Below, in pieces: positions 38,445 to 51,200 of a stretch of DNA of 64,000 bases; the stretch's first letter is position 1, and each line of letters opens with the position of its first letter. Source of the stretch: Lingula anatina (Eukaryota; Animalia; Brachiopoda). Where the stretch lies: the NCBI GenBank assembly GCA_051362555.1, contig CM120644.1, forward strand, positions 10,114,954 through 10,178,953. Reading direction: 5' to 3'. The position numbers were made by a program, and so were the translations under genes. The notes beneath the pieces were generated by a model, which saw nothing but the letters and a program-made list of their open reading frames with translations, had not been told where the DNA came from and did not search any database.

Positions 38445-38688
38445 CAGTGGCGGAGTTAGGGGGGGGGGGTCAGGGGGGTCCTGACCCCCCCTTCGGTTTC
38501 TGAAAAATATATCACAACCAATATTCCCCTCTTGATATTAGAATTTTAACTAGCTAAATCATAGCTTTAAACCGTACCAACGGGCGCTGTTTGCTCTCCA
38601 GAAAACCAAAAAAAAATTCGGGACCTTTGAGCAGGCCCTAAACCCCACACCAAGGGGTCGATGGCCTTTCGTTCTGGATCAGCCCCTG
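38445..38688 (+). mobile_element. MITE family D (CAGTGGCGGA...ATCCGCCCCTG type)
   Basis: hAT-like termini. Internal similarity to 41712-41993 and 43823-43988 (ATTAGAATTTTRACTAGC core). Confidence 0.75.
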
Positions 38689-38998
38689 TTAACAGTCTGA
38701 TTGGTAAAAAAAGTCAGTCGACAGAATAAATAAAGAGACCAAGCGTGTTTTTCAGTAGTCATACGAGAACCCACCACATTGACGTCTAGCGCCTTTGTTC
38801 GCGTTAAAACCCAACTTCTGATTCCATCAATGGCGAACGTGGGCTTGACGCAGAAAATTTAATTTTAGTCAGCAGGCCCATTCCCCTAACTGAGCAAAAT
38901 GTATCGTAGCATAGCAGTAGACCTTATTGATTTTTTGTGTGTAAAGAAAGACACCCAATGCTGATTTTTCAGAAAAAAAATCATATAGGGGAATCAGG

Positions 38999-39147
38999 TG
39001 TAACAGGAATGGAAGTCCGGGCTCGCTTATGATTAGTGCAGGCTAGTGTTGCTGTGGAGTATTGGGGTTAGTATGTGGACGAATGTCACCTGTACAAAGT
39101 AATGGGAAGCGGACTATGATTCCTAGCGGACTCCTATTCCTGTTACA
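38999..39147. mobile_element. Ginger-like MITE (TGT...ACA termini)
   Basis: TIRs TGTAACAGGAATGGAAGTCCG / CGGACTCCTATTCCTGTTACA. The 4-bp flanks CAGG and CCGG resemble the CCGG target of Ginger1. Confidence 0.6.
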
Positions 39148-40794
39148 CCGGGTTTAGTGAACGTTCGTGAACAGTTTCAGTAACAACCTCTCACCTAAAA
39201 TGAGCTATATCTGTTGTTATTTGCATAACAACAAGTTGTTCATCGTAGTGCGAGCTGTCTTCCCAAAAGCTCACTTGGCAGTTAGACAGAGACGGGTGTA
39301 GACGCAACAGTATGTGTGGCGCAGTTAGAAGGTCGAGCTTTTATAAGGCGTGGAAGCAAATCTATATGTTTGTGAGTATCACTATTTCTTGATCAGCCAC
39401 AGTCATTAAATACTAAAGGCACAGAAGAATGAAAAAAGATTCACGACAAATATTTATGACATAAATCCTTTTACTATATTTCCATTCTTACGTGTATGTT
39501 ACTCAGAATGGTAGAAATTATTGCTTTCAGTGCATTGGGACTCCAAATGTTCAGGATAAAGGGCGCATTCATCCGACTTTTGGTGATAATCTAAGTTTGC
39601 TTGAAATCCTTTGCACTTTGTAACCCACTGTTTGAACATTTTGTGTGCCCCCGCCTTGACAATAATTTTGAATATTTTGACCTAATTTAAAATGTCGTGT
39701 GTGTTTAGATGTAAGTATTACCGCCCAAATTAATTAATTGAATGATGCTTGTCATCGTTCTGAGCTTCTGATCCAAGTGCTCATTACACAATGATTAACA
39801 GACACATATTTTACACAGCCTGTTGTCTCCATTGTGCCGTGTGTTGTCCATCCATTAAACGGTTCACTGTATGAAAACTTATAATATATGTGCAATGTAG
39901 TTGTTATAATTTTCGACGAAAATTTGTAAATGGATCTCTTTCTCTGAAATGCGTCAACAATTATTACAACACGTGTTATAACTTTTGATATCAAGAGGAA
40001 TATATTAACGGTCGTACCAATAACCTCACACACCCTGCAAATGTGACATCAGACTAGTTAATAAACGTGCACGCCATTCCATTTATATGTGCCCTCTGCC
40101 CTATGATATTAGATGCATTATTGGCATGTAAAGAGCCTGTCTGTTTAGTTCAAAATTGTATACATTATTTTATCTTTTCAGGAGCTCAACGAGATTCAGA
40201 ACAGCATCCGTCTCAAAGCAACCTATGAGGTCTAGCCTTTGTCTCACACACAGGAAACCAGCTACTTCGTACATCTTTTATATGAAAACTCAATAAAAAA
40301 CTTGAAATTTGGCGTGTTATTTTTCACTTTGATATGAAATTATTATGATAAGAAAAGTAGTAATCGTAATAAAAAATGAGTTAATAAAATATCTAAAATG
40401 ACTTCCAACAACCTACATTTTATAATTCAAATTTATTTAAATTTACAACCCCGTTTTTTTAAAATTCACATGACATTTTTGTTCTATAGCATATGGAACT
40501 ACTTCGTTTGGATATAATTTTAACTATATTTTTTTTTTATATAGGGAGGGTCCCATTTCGACGGGTAATGGATTTGCTATCGTGAATTGTTTTAATTTGG
40601 CGGCATATTCTTAGTTTAAATACTTAGTTTTATATTTGAACGTAATAATGAAAAGGTAGGATTATTCTGATATAAGCTTAAATCAAGATAGTTTTTTAAT
40701 ATGGATCCGGCTGAAATTGGCCAAAAAATTGATTTCTGAGGGTATAACAACAATTTCTTTAGTTTCTGTTTTCTGAACCAAATTGGGATAATTA

Positions 40795-41100
40795 CAAGAC
40801 TCGCCCAACCTGTCACCCCTTCTATTGCCATAGTCTCACCCCACCTGTCACCGCCCCGCCTGTCACCCCTCAAATGCTATGGACTCGCCCCACCTGCCAC
40901 CCATCAAATGCAATGGACTCGCCCCACCTGTCACCCCTCTAATGCAATGGACTCGCCCTACCTGCCACCCCTCTAATGCAATGGACTCGCCCCACCTGCC
41001 ACCCCTTTTATGCAACGGAATCGGCCCACCTGCCACCCCTCTATTGGAATCGACCCACATGTCACCCCTTTGTTTGGAATGTAGTCGCCCCAACTGACAT
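40795..41100. repeat. 34-bp minisatellite (ATGGACTCGCCCCACCTGCCACCCCTCTAATGCA)n
   Basis: Unit starts at 40879, 40913, 40947 and 40981, with degenerate flanking copies. Confidence 0.88.
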
Positions 41101-41711
41101 CCCTCAGATGGAGTGGATTTTCTCCTCCCCAACCTGTCTATCAGATGACCGAGGTGTACTGTCAACCTTACTTACTTCAGACAAGTCATCACTGCTTAAC
41201 CTTTTCACCACTATTGTGTTAGCTGACCTTGTAAGGAATTTATTAGGATGAATTTTCTAAAATGAAATAAAAACAATTCATTAGTTCATCACAAACGCCA
41301 ATCGACTAGCTATCAGGATTACTTGAAAACACCTTTTTAATAATTTTGCTAAAGTTAATTACATAATTGAAGTCTACTTTTAAAACTTTTTTTAAAAGCT
41401 TTTCATCATGTCGGTAATTTCGGGTAGGTTCTAAAATCCTCATCGCTCTAGTCGCCGACTAAACCCATTGCAATTTGTAATCAGCCACTAGGTGTTGACG
41501 CAGGTTTGATGCCCAATGTTATACCGACAACATATGGCGTGACTACAGCTTGCTATATTGGTAAACATTACCGACACATATCTTTTTATTTTTATAGCAT
41601 TGTTAGAAAAAAACGTAAAATACTAGATGTGATGATGAGTTATTGTTTTAAAAGTAACTACAAAAATGGTACACTCCATGTGTTTGAAAATCCCCCAAAT
41701 GCCGTCCACAG

Positions 41712-41993
41712 CAGTGGCGGATTTAGGAGGGTGTCATTAGGGTTCTGACCACCCTTGAGTATCTGAAAATAATCACACCAATGGCCCCCTTCTTGAATTA
41801 GAATTAGAATTTTGACTAGCTGAATCACAGTTCTAAACCGTACCTAATGACACCGTTCGCCCTCTAAATTACCAAGAAATTTCGGGGCCCTTCAGCAGAC
41901 CCAGAACTTGACGCCAAGGTGGGGGAAGGGGAGGGGAGAGGTTGGCTTCGCATCCGCAGACCCCCCCTTTAATTAATCCTGGATCCGCCCCTG
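41712..41993 (+). mobile_element. MITE family D copy
   Basis: CAGTGGCGGATTTAGG...CTGGATCCGCCCCTG. Confidence 0.8.
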
Positions 41994-42456
41994 TTGAGAT
42001 ATGAATTTTGCATTATTTTAAATATTTTGGATACTGAAATATAATATTGATTATCAAGAAATTAAATTAAAAGAGGTAACTTCTTTAAACGTCGATGATG
42101 AACATTGCACTTTATACATTTAAGGAATTATGCCGTTTACGAATTTTCAAATTACTCCAATTTATTTTGAATGTTGAAGGTATAATAAGACAAAGTTATA
42201 GGTTGATGGGCAATATATGCATGGTTATGGCAAACTTTTTCAGGTCAGAATTTAAAGTAGATTTTCCTCGGTGAACTTTGGTGTCAATTGTGTCTATATA
42301 TTATTAAATTTGTATGAGAATATAAAAAGTCTAAGGGGGTTTAATCCAAAGAGACTTGTGATATTTGACAGGAATGAACTGATATTATACCTAAACTGAA
42401 ATGGCTTCATTTTATTCTTTTATATCTAAAGTCAATTGTCCAGCGAAAGCTCCTGA

Positions 42457-43031
42457 TGCCCTATTTCACACAGACCACGAATCCCACGAATGGCCATGAA
42501 TTGACAAATTTCACGATTCGTGGTTGAATCGTAATCAGTTCGTGAAGTTCTTAACAGATTCGTATATATTCGTAGTCAGTTCTTGCACTTCTTGACCAAC
42601 AGAAATTGGTGGCAAAAACTTTGATGCCCCTATTTCACACAGACCACGAATCCCACGAATGGCCAGGAATTGACAAATTTCACGATTCGTGGTTGAATCG
42701 TAATCAGTTTGTGAAGTTCTTAACAGATTCGTATATAATCGTAGCCAGTTCTTGCAATTCTTGATCACTCGGGAATTCGTGGCAAAAATTTTGAGCTGTT
42801 CAAAGTTTCGGCCACGAACTCCCGATTCCAAAAAATCGTAGTGAATTTCTGGACAATATTCGTGCGATTCCAGCCGAACCCCACGAATATTCGTAACACT
42901 ATCGCACCTGTATCGTAGAGCGTGTCTAATTAGACCAGAAAATTGGCAAAATCTCACGAATCCTCACGAATCCTGAAATTTGTCAATTCCTGGCGATTCG
43001 TGGGATTCGTGGTCTGTGTGAAATAGGGGCC
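42457..43031. mobile_element. PIF/Harbinger-like MITE with a tandemly duplicated left end
   Basis: TIR of >60 bp (GCCCCTATTTCACACAGACCACGAATCCCACGAAT...), with its inverse at ~42965-43030. The left ~168 bp is present twice (starts 42458 and 42626). Confidence 0.8.
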
Positions 43032-43282
43032 TTAGGTTATATCAAGGATAACCTTTTACAAAGGCCTACTTTATATTCTGTGTGCTTCATCTTGTACATG
43101 TAGCAGCCAATAATATAGCCGGATTTCGCGGGCTGTTTTGAGAGACTCCAAAACTCTGTCGAAATAAATAAATAAATGAATTATGAAATAAATTGTTTGG
43201 TCAGTTAGTGAGGTGATGCATAGATTTGCTGATCTATTTGGAAAGCGAAATTCGACTTGAAGTCAGTAAAAATGTTGACATA

Positions 43283-43766
43283 TAGCCGTCGTCGGCGTCG
43301 CAGTGTGCTTTCAGTGTTATACAATTAAAATGAAAAGCGTTCTAGTTGTATCATTTGCCTTCAAACTTACAGAACTTCATGAATATCATGAAATCCAGGT
43401 CAAGTTCGAAAACCAGCCTGAACCAGCCATCGGAACATTTTTCCAGAAGTTACGCTGCTTTTTTCAGCATAATTTATGAAAAACATACAAAAAATTAAAT
43501 ACTGTATTTGCCAAACCTAAGGAATTGTGAAAAAAGTTACTACATGTATCTGACCGAAACTCATTAGTGGAGATTTCAAATATGACCTTGGATTTGACCA
43601 TTGACCTTTATCTTAAGTTGAAATTGGCCAAAATTTTGTAAAAATTTTAATTTTCTTTAGAAACTATTTGTGTGCACTGATGGTTTTGATATTATATGTG
43701 ATGAGAAATTACATTTGGGTTCTTCTTTCATCATCCTGAGCTTGGCGTCAGTTGGTACATTTTCAC
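43283..43766 (-). mobile_element. Old chimeric HINE-like remnant (family B-like unit joined to family A-like body)
   Basis: Bases 43285-43480 resemble the family B terminus and 162-bp unit (GCCGTCG micro-repeat, CAGGTCAAGTTCGAAAA). Bases 43570-43766 resemble family A at 50490-50690 (TTCAAATATG.CCT.GGATTTGACC). Confidence 0.5.
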
Positions 43767-43822
43767 AAGAATAGAGGGACAAAAGATGCTGAAAGTGAAG
43801 TCTGTAATTTAGGAACCGTAAA

Positions 43823-43988
43823 CAGGGGCGGATACAGGATTATTTGAAGAGTGTGGGTCCGCGGATGCGAAGCCGATCCCCTCCCCCCTCCCCTTGGCGT
43901 GGTGCTAGTCAAAATTCTAATTTCTAGAGGGGACCGTTGGTGTGGGTGGGGGTCAGGACCCTCTGACACCCCCCTAAATCCACCACTG
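43823..43988 (-). mobile_element. MITE family D copy (reverse, internally shortened)
   Basis: CAGGGGCGGATACAGG...CCTAAATCCACCACTG with 5-bp TSD GTAAA. Confidence 0.82.
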
Positions 43989-45243
43989 GTAAAAGCTAGA
44001 ATCCTTTTGTTTGGTAGGCCTAAAATTGGTGGAACTTGTCAATCGTAGGCTAGGCCTAACACTGACAGTGGTGTTGTTTTTGTAGGCCTACGTTTTTCAT
44101 AGGGCCTATATATATTGTATGGTTTGCGTTTTTTTTTTCAAAAAGTAATCAATGGTCAGCGATGAATTTTATTAGAATGAGAAATATATCCTTAAACCAG
44201 CAGAGATATGCCCATATTTAGGCTTACACTTGTCCTTTGCATAAGAAGTGAAATATTGGCAATCTTATTAATATTATATGTGGCCTTGAATTCAACATTT
44301 GGCCTACTTTAATTTCCACATAAAATGCACTTTGCATATTTACTAGTCCATATTTCTATATAGATAAAACAGATAGGCCTACATCCCAGCTACCGTTTGA
44401 TCTGATTGAGCTTCATATTATGCTATTTTTAAATTTTGTACCATGAAATATTGCACCAAATTTACAAAATAGGCCCTAATTAGGCCCTAACCTACTGTAT
44501 TTTGTGCATCATTATTTTTTTGTCTGTACATTTTACAGCTTTGCTTCTTGTCAAAGTTAGTAATGCCTTTATCAATGTGGAATTTTGCATAAGGCCCCTA
44601 AATATAGGCTACTTTTGTTAAATACTTAAAAGTCACAGACTCACAGTGTCACAGTAAGGTACATCAATAATTGGGAGTTTCGTTATCTCTAAATCTCAGG
44701 GTGCTATTCAGTTACTTCCTGTGCAGTGAACGAGTGCGCATTTACCTAAGAGCGGGGGCCATGAATCAACAAGGAAGATGAGTGTGATTGTTACAATCTT
44801 CAGGACAACATTTTCGGAATGTTTCATTTCGTTCTTATCCATGGCCATTGTAAATTGGACAGCAGGCATGAGGAAAACTAGAAATCGCGACTTCTGGACG
44901 AAGTCGCGTGAAACGTTTTGTCACGTGCAACGCTATGACTGGATGAACGTCTATGTCGGAATCTTAGGGTTGAGGTCCAAGATGTCACAAGACGTAGGAA
45001 ATGGGTCTTTTTGATCATGAATTTTGTGAAATAGGTAAGGTGGATATTTGCCTGATAAAATCCTCTTGAAAGACTTGGAAATATGTTTCTTGTTAGTAAT
45101 GATATTACCTGAAGTCTGTGTCGGAAAAGTTAAAAACATACAAACGCTCTTGACGTTTTGCCTTGCTTTCTGCATCCGGTTGTTTGATGAGTAGTGTCGT
45201 ATCGCTCCTATTTTCGTGTTCGATTTTCAGGAATTTAAAAGAG

Positions 45244-48200
45244 ATGAAGGGCATCCTACTGCTTGCTTGTCTGGTGTGTTTGCTGCAGCTTGCCAGTACC
45301 AAAAAAACTGTTCTTGGCAGACCAGCGCATCTCAATCAGAAGAACTTCCAGAAGTATTGCCCAAAAAGATGCCAAATAACCCATAAAGCAGTTCTTACAG
45401 GAAACACCTGCCCCTTTGGCTGTTTTTACTTATGGTGGAAAGGGACAGATTACTGCCCTCTATGGTGCAGAAGTTACAAAAAAGTTTTTGAATGTATTCG
45501 ACCAAAGGATAAAAAGCCAGTTAATAGACCACCACGCTGTTTACATGATTTCCCAAGGCTGGAAGAAATGTTTGTCTGCTTCATTTTCTTCATGTTCTCT
45601 TATTATAAAAGTTAATGATAATAACGTTTAAATACCATTTGTGACTTAGGCTGATTATTCATTAAGTAATGTTTAAAACTTTTAACTATACTTTCTTTGT
45701 CAGTTTTATTATGGTGCTTCATATCATCCTGAACATGAGATTGAAATAGACAGTTAATGTATTTGTTTATAAGTAGTTAATATTTGTTACATGTATGTTA
45801 TTGTGACAACAATTTGTTATGACATATGTATAGTGAGTGTTGATTGACTTTTAGTATTTTGTTTTTAGGATTTTGAGAAACATGGGATTCAAGATGATGT
45901 TTGCCTATTACTTTCATCACACTTTTAAAACACTGAAATCAATGTAAGTATATTTTGTTTAAAGAAAAGTGCATAATTATATAAAAAATTTTCCAGGTGA
46001 TTGTCACGTACAGATTGTACTTGATTAGTGGTTTTGATTCAGTTGAAAAAGTGCTAGAAGCAGCATAGAGAACATGAAATAAATCTCTTTCTTGTTTTAA
46101 CATTTGATCATGTGTCATATTTACCTATTACTGTCCAATCTAGTATCATATGTAGACTTGCCCTTCAAGAAATCGACGGAAAATAGCTCTTTTTCAATTT
46201 TGAATGGGCACTGTAGAAAACATATAACAGATAAAGCTCTCAAATTAAGCACATATGTGTGATATCATGTGAAGAATAAGTTCTGTAAATTTCAATCCAA
46301 GCAGTTGAATACATTTTGAGACAGAACGCTTTAAATGTGCAGCAAACCGTAACGCTTATCCCTTCAAGATCTCGACGAAAACCGGAAGTGCGTCATGAGG
46401 TCACTCGCTTCTACTTGGAAAGCTGCTGGGTGATTTTCCGATGAGAAATATTTCATGGCTTATACAAATGTTCGGAAAATGACCATGCAGATAAAAGAAA
46501 ATTCACTAATCAAAATTGAAACTGCGTAATAACATAGAAAAACATTGTGCATTCCTGACCTCGACTTGTCAGTGTAAACAAAGTGTACTGAACGCATCTC
46601 AAGCAAGCACGTGAATGCCGCGTTTGATACTTTGTATCAGACGCTTCGTTTTACTTGACAACACAGTGTTTACGATGGGCATGACAGGAAAAACAGTGCA
46701 AAAAACACGCACTTCCGGTTTTCGTCGATTTCTTGAAGGCGTCGATTTCTTGAAGGGCGAGTCTATACTAGTACATAATATGTATTGCTGTGATAAATTG
46801 AACATTATGCAGTTTACCAATGACAGGCCTTAATGCTGAAAGTGCATGTATTGTAGGGGTGGATTCAGAGATATTTTCTGACAGTCTTCCAAATTAACTG
46901 TTGATTCATCCTCCATTTTTGACCGTTTACTGACAGAAAAAAATTGATCCCCTTCAATGTAAACTTGAAAATCTGACCGTCTTCTGGAAGACCCAGAAGA
47001 TAGCTTAAATCCACCCCTGTATTGTAAATTGAGAATATATCTGTGTAATTTGATATATGAACTCCATTTCAGCGATTTTTCCTTCAACAATATAGCTGGA
47101 ACAATAATGAGAAAGTATTTCAAGATACAAGCTAACCTTCCTTATGATGTAAAGATGGAAAATTTGACGAAGATGTAGGTTTTTTTGTTGTGAGGTTTCT
47201 GTTGTAATTAGTAACATATATATGTGTGTGTGTGTGTTGAATTTTTAAAGTTCCTCATTTACAGTGATCTGGCCCCAGTTTTCCAAAAAAACTTAAGTTC
47301 CCTGGCTAAGAACTTGGTTTAACTTACCAACGTTACATTGTCACGTGCCCTCATCTTACCCTGTCAAGAACAGTGTTAAATTTGTCTTCAGTAGGAAATA
47401 AAAGAGTAAATTTGTGATATAGAATAGCCATAGTTGACTCTGAATGGTTGTACATGTATTACTGTACGTGGCATGCTTGCTGAGCAGTAACTGTTGACAT
47501 GATTGTTCAATTCTTGGTAAGGCCACACTTTTTTATTTTTATGGATGACATCCTGCGCGCGCACCGATTTTCATCCGTTCTCCGAAAAAAAATTCCCCCC
47601 CCCCTCCAATGAAGTCGGTTGTCGCAAACGTCGTTATTGAATTTGCCGGAAAATGAGCTTTCTGCGCATGCGTTTTATCGCCACGTGGAAATATGGCCAC
47701 TTTACCGTCAAATTCATCCCTAGGATTACTTTCAAATTACATGACAATTACTTATGTAAAGTCGCAAAGAGAATGGGGCCGTCGTTTTGGATTGTTATGC
47801 CATTGATATTGGGCATGGAGATATCCACTTTTTTACAATTATGCGAAAGGCTGGCGGCGGCCAGTGATTATCGCCTGGAAAATTTCAGTGACATTCTGTC
47901 CAAAGCACCCTGAGCTTCAGAGCTAACTTGACACTAACCTTTTCACTGTAGCCTATCTCCATCGTGTCAAGTAACCTCTGACCAGATTCGAGTGCCCCCG
48001 CCGCCCGCCAATCAAATTTAAAGCCCGCACTCAATGACTCATTGAACGATCTAGCCAATGAACGCGAACGAGTCAAAGCGCGCTTTGTTCAAATCCGGAC
48101 CAATCAAAGATAAGGCTGAATATCAGGGACTTGCCGTAACCTGTGGGCAGCACGCAAAATACATCATCCCTCAGTAGATAATGATGCAGGGCATCATACT

Positions 48201-51200
48201 GCTCTGGTTTCAATTCCGATATACTCCATGCCTCTTTGTGTACGGTTATGCACTCGGAACCACTCGGAACTACTCGGATGTCTCCGCACTCGACAATAAC
48301 TATGTTGTTAGTATGGAGCTTGCGGAATCAGCCGAGGATTGCCGATTGACGATCAACCAATCAGCGTTTTCACCAAACTTTGGTGAAAAATTTTGAAACA
48401 TGGATTTGATTGGCTTATATAAACTAGGTCAAACTATTTTCGTCAGAGGTTACTTGACACGATGGAGATAGGCTACAGTGAAAAGGTTAGTGTCAAGTTA
48501 GCTCTGAAGCTCAGGGTGGTCCAAAGCAGCACATACCAGGTTTTTTTGTAGCGAAAAAAGGGTCGACAGGGCCTCAAGGTATTTGGTGGGCAGAAGGTCG
48601 GTCAGGACCTTTTTCCATAAAAACTTCATATAGCCTACCTAGATCAAATTTTACCCAGAGTGAACCTTTTCCCAGCAAAAGGGGTGGTTCTTTCGACCCC
48701 CCCCCTCCCCTGGCTACGGGCCTCTCTATTCATGACTTTTTTTTTACCTTTCTATGAAGTATTCACAATGCTTTAATATTTTGAGAGCATGGATAAAGAC
48801 ATATTGTTAGTTTGATATGTGTTTCTGTGGTAAATTTGTGTTTCCAGCTGTGTACTGACAGCACACCTTTACTTAAGCAGCATTTTTTTTTTTTTTTGGA
48901 CTTTTTTTTTTTTTTCGCCCTCTCGCACCGATTTCGGGGTCCCAAGAGGATGTCATCCATAAAAATAAAAAAGTGAGGCCTAACTACAGACATCTTTGAT
49001 TAGTCGTGCCATAAATTCTACTTGTGCAACATGTCTGTGTCAAATAAGTGAATTTGATTGCAAGGCTTTCATTTGGATGATTATATGTTACATTTTATTT
49101 TATGATCATTTCCTCAAAATGCAGTGCCATTTTAACAAAATGTTGAAGTCTGACATGCTTTTATTTTTTCAGAAATCTTGCATATAACAAAATCACTGCT
49201 TTTCAAGCAGCCACCTTTTTTCAAGTGCCACACCTTCGCTATCTGTAAGTGCAAGAGAAAATTTTTGTGTAGCTTATGAAAAAATGATTTGAATTTCCTT
49301 AACTAATGTTCTTAATGAGATTGTTGTATAGAATAGTGTTAAAGATAAATATTTTTGTGACTTAGTTAGATGGATTTTTCTTTATCACTAGATATGGTAA
49401 ATAAAAGCAATGCTTACATTTTCTTGTCAAAAGGAAATTGAGAATGGTTTACCTGCTTCCCAACTGTTAGTAACGACTCAGTGATATGGTGACCAATTTA
49501 AAAAATTTCTAATGCTATCAGTTGTTGAACCTGAAGCCATCATCAAAATATCATCCTATATTAATTGATATATTCTAGTTAAGATTCATGGATACAAATG
49601 GAATTTGAATAACAGATAATGTTAGATGTGGCTAAACACATCTTTTTTTGCTTACTCATTATCATTTTCATTTTCTTCTCAGAAATATGTCTCATAACCT
49701 GCTTCCTGGGACTGTATTTCACGGGAAGATCTGGCGTAAAAAAAGGTATTGTGGGCCATTCCAGGCAAATGCAGAACTGAGGATTTTGTAAGTTGAAATA
49801 GGAAATTATTCCATTTATTTATAAAAATTATTAGCCTTCTCCTTACTAAAAAACAGCCGTGGGTTTGAAATCTCTAGAGCAAAATTACTAACTTGAGAGA
49901 ATGTAAGCAGAGCTATCACACCTGGTCATTGAATGCAATACTGGTGTTTGTCAGATTGATGATGATAGTTGACATTGTTAAATCTTTTTCTGTCACGAGG
50001 TCATGAGAAAGTAATGAAACAGAAAAATAATTAAGTGATTGTTTTAATAATAATATAAAATTTAAGTAACAGTTTTTGTTCAATGTTTTTAAAAATTCAA
50101 ATCATATTTGAGATATGCCTTAATTTGTTTTAAAGTTATTAGTACCACCAGCTTGTACGCTTGCGGTACTCATGGTTTTAGTCCCGACCCATCTCGTACA
50201 GCTCCGCCGGCTCCGCAGGATGACGTGGGATACAAGTCACCGTTACTGCTTCTCCTCCTAGACCGGAAGGACCTGTGTCCCCATCTCTTGGATTAAGTTC
50301 ACATATAATCTCAACTTGAACCCCCTGTTTTTTTTTTTGTCTCAGTTGTTGCATTGACCTGGGCGTGAGGCTTGTTGAAATGCACCCTTGTCAAAATTTT
50401 TGAAAATTCAGTGCTAAATATCTCCCAAACCGATGGAATTATGGGAACAATTACAACAGATGGCTCACCGAAAGTCATGTGTGAGGATTTCAAATATGCC
50501 CTAGGATTTGACCTTTGACCTTTATTTCAAAATTTTCAAAAAATTAATTTTTTGCAAGAAAATTTTAATTTATATTTTTTATATATATTTTTTTAGAAAC
50601 TAAACAGATCTTATCTATAATATTATGAGCATGTGTTACCCTAAGGGTCATCTTTCATTTTCGTAAGTTTGGGGTCAATCGGTGCAAGTTCAACATCGAA
50701 ATTCAGTGGTGAAAATAAAATGTGAAATACTCAAAAATTAGCAAAGATAAGCCCATAGTAACTATTGAACTTAAATAGTAAGTCATATACTGGTAATCTT
50801 ATTGTGACCTTGAAATTGACCTTTGACCTACTTTTCATGATGAACTGAACTTTGCAAATTTTTCAGCTCTTAGACTTGCCCTTCAAAAAATCGACGTGAA
50901 ATAGCTCATTTTCAAATTTGAATGAACACTGTAGAAAAAGTATATAAGCTCAAGCTCTCAGATTTCGCACATAGGTGCGATATTATGTAAAGAATAAATG
51001 TTGTAAATTTCAATAAAATTGGTTGTGTAGATTTTGAGATAGAACGCTCTGAATGTACTGCAAACCATAACACTTACGCCTTCAAGATCTCGACGGAAAC
51101 CGGAAGTGCGTCGTGACGTCATTCCATTGTGCTTGGGAAGATGCTGGATGATTTTCTGTTGAGAAGGACTTCGTTTTTTATCAAAATATTAAGTAAATGA

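Noticed and set aside
40182-40228. Isolated exon-like segment, with a TATA-like site and donor at 39341-39378
   Set aside because: The donor is weak (GTCTAG) and it could not be linked to any coding gene. Mentioned only as possible cargo.
45163-45615. Stand-alone single-exon antimicrobial peptide gene
   Set aside because: The ORF splices in frame to downstream LRR exons, so it is better explained as the first coding exon of the LRR gene.
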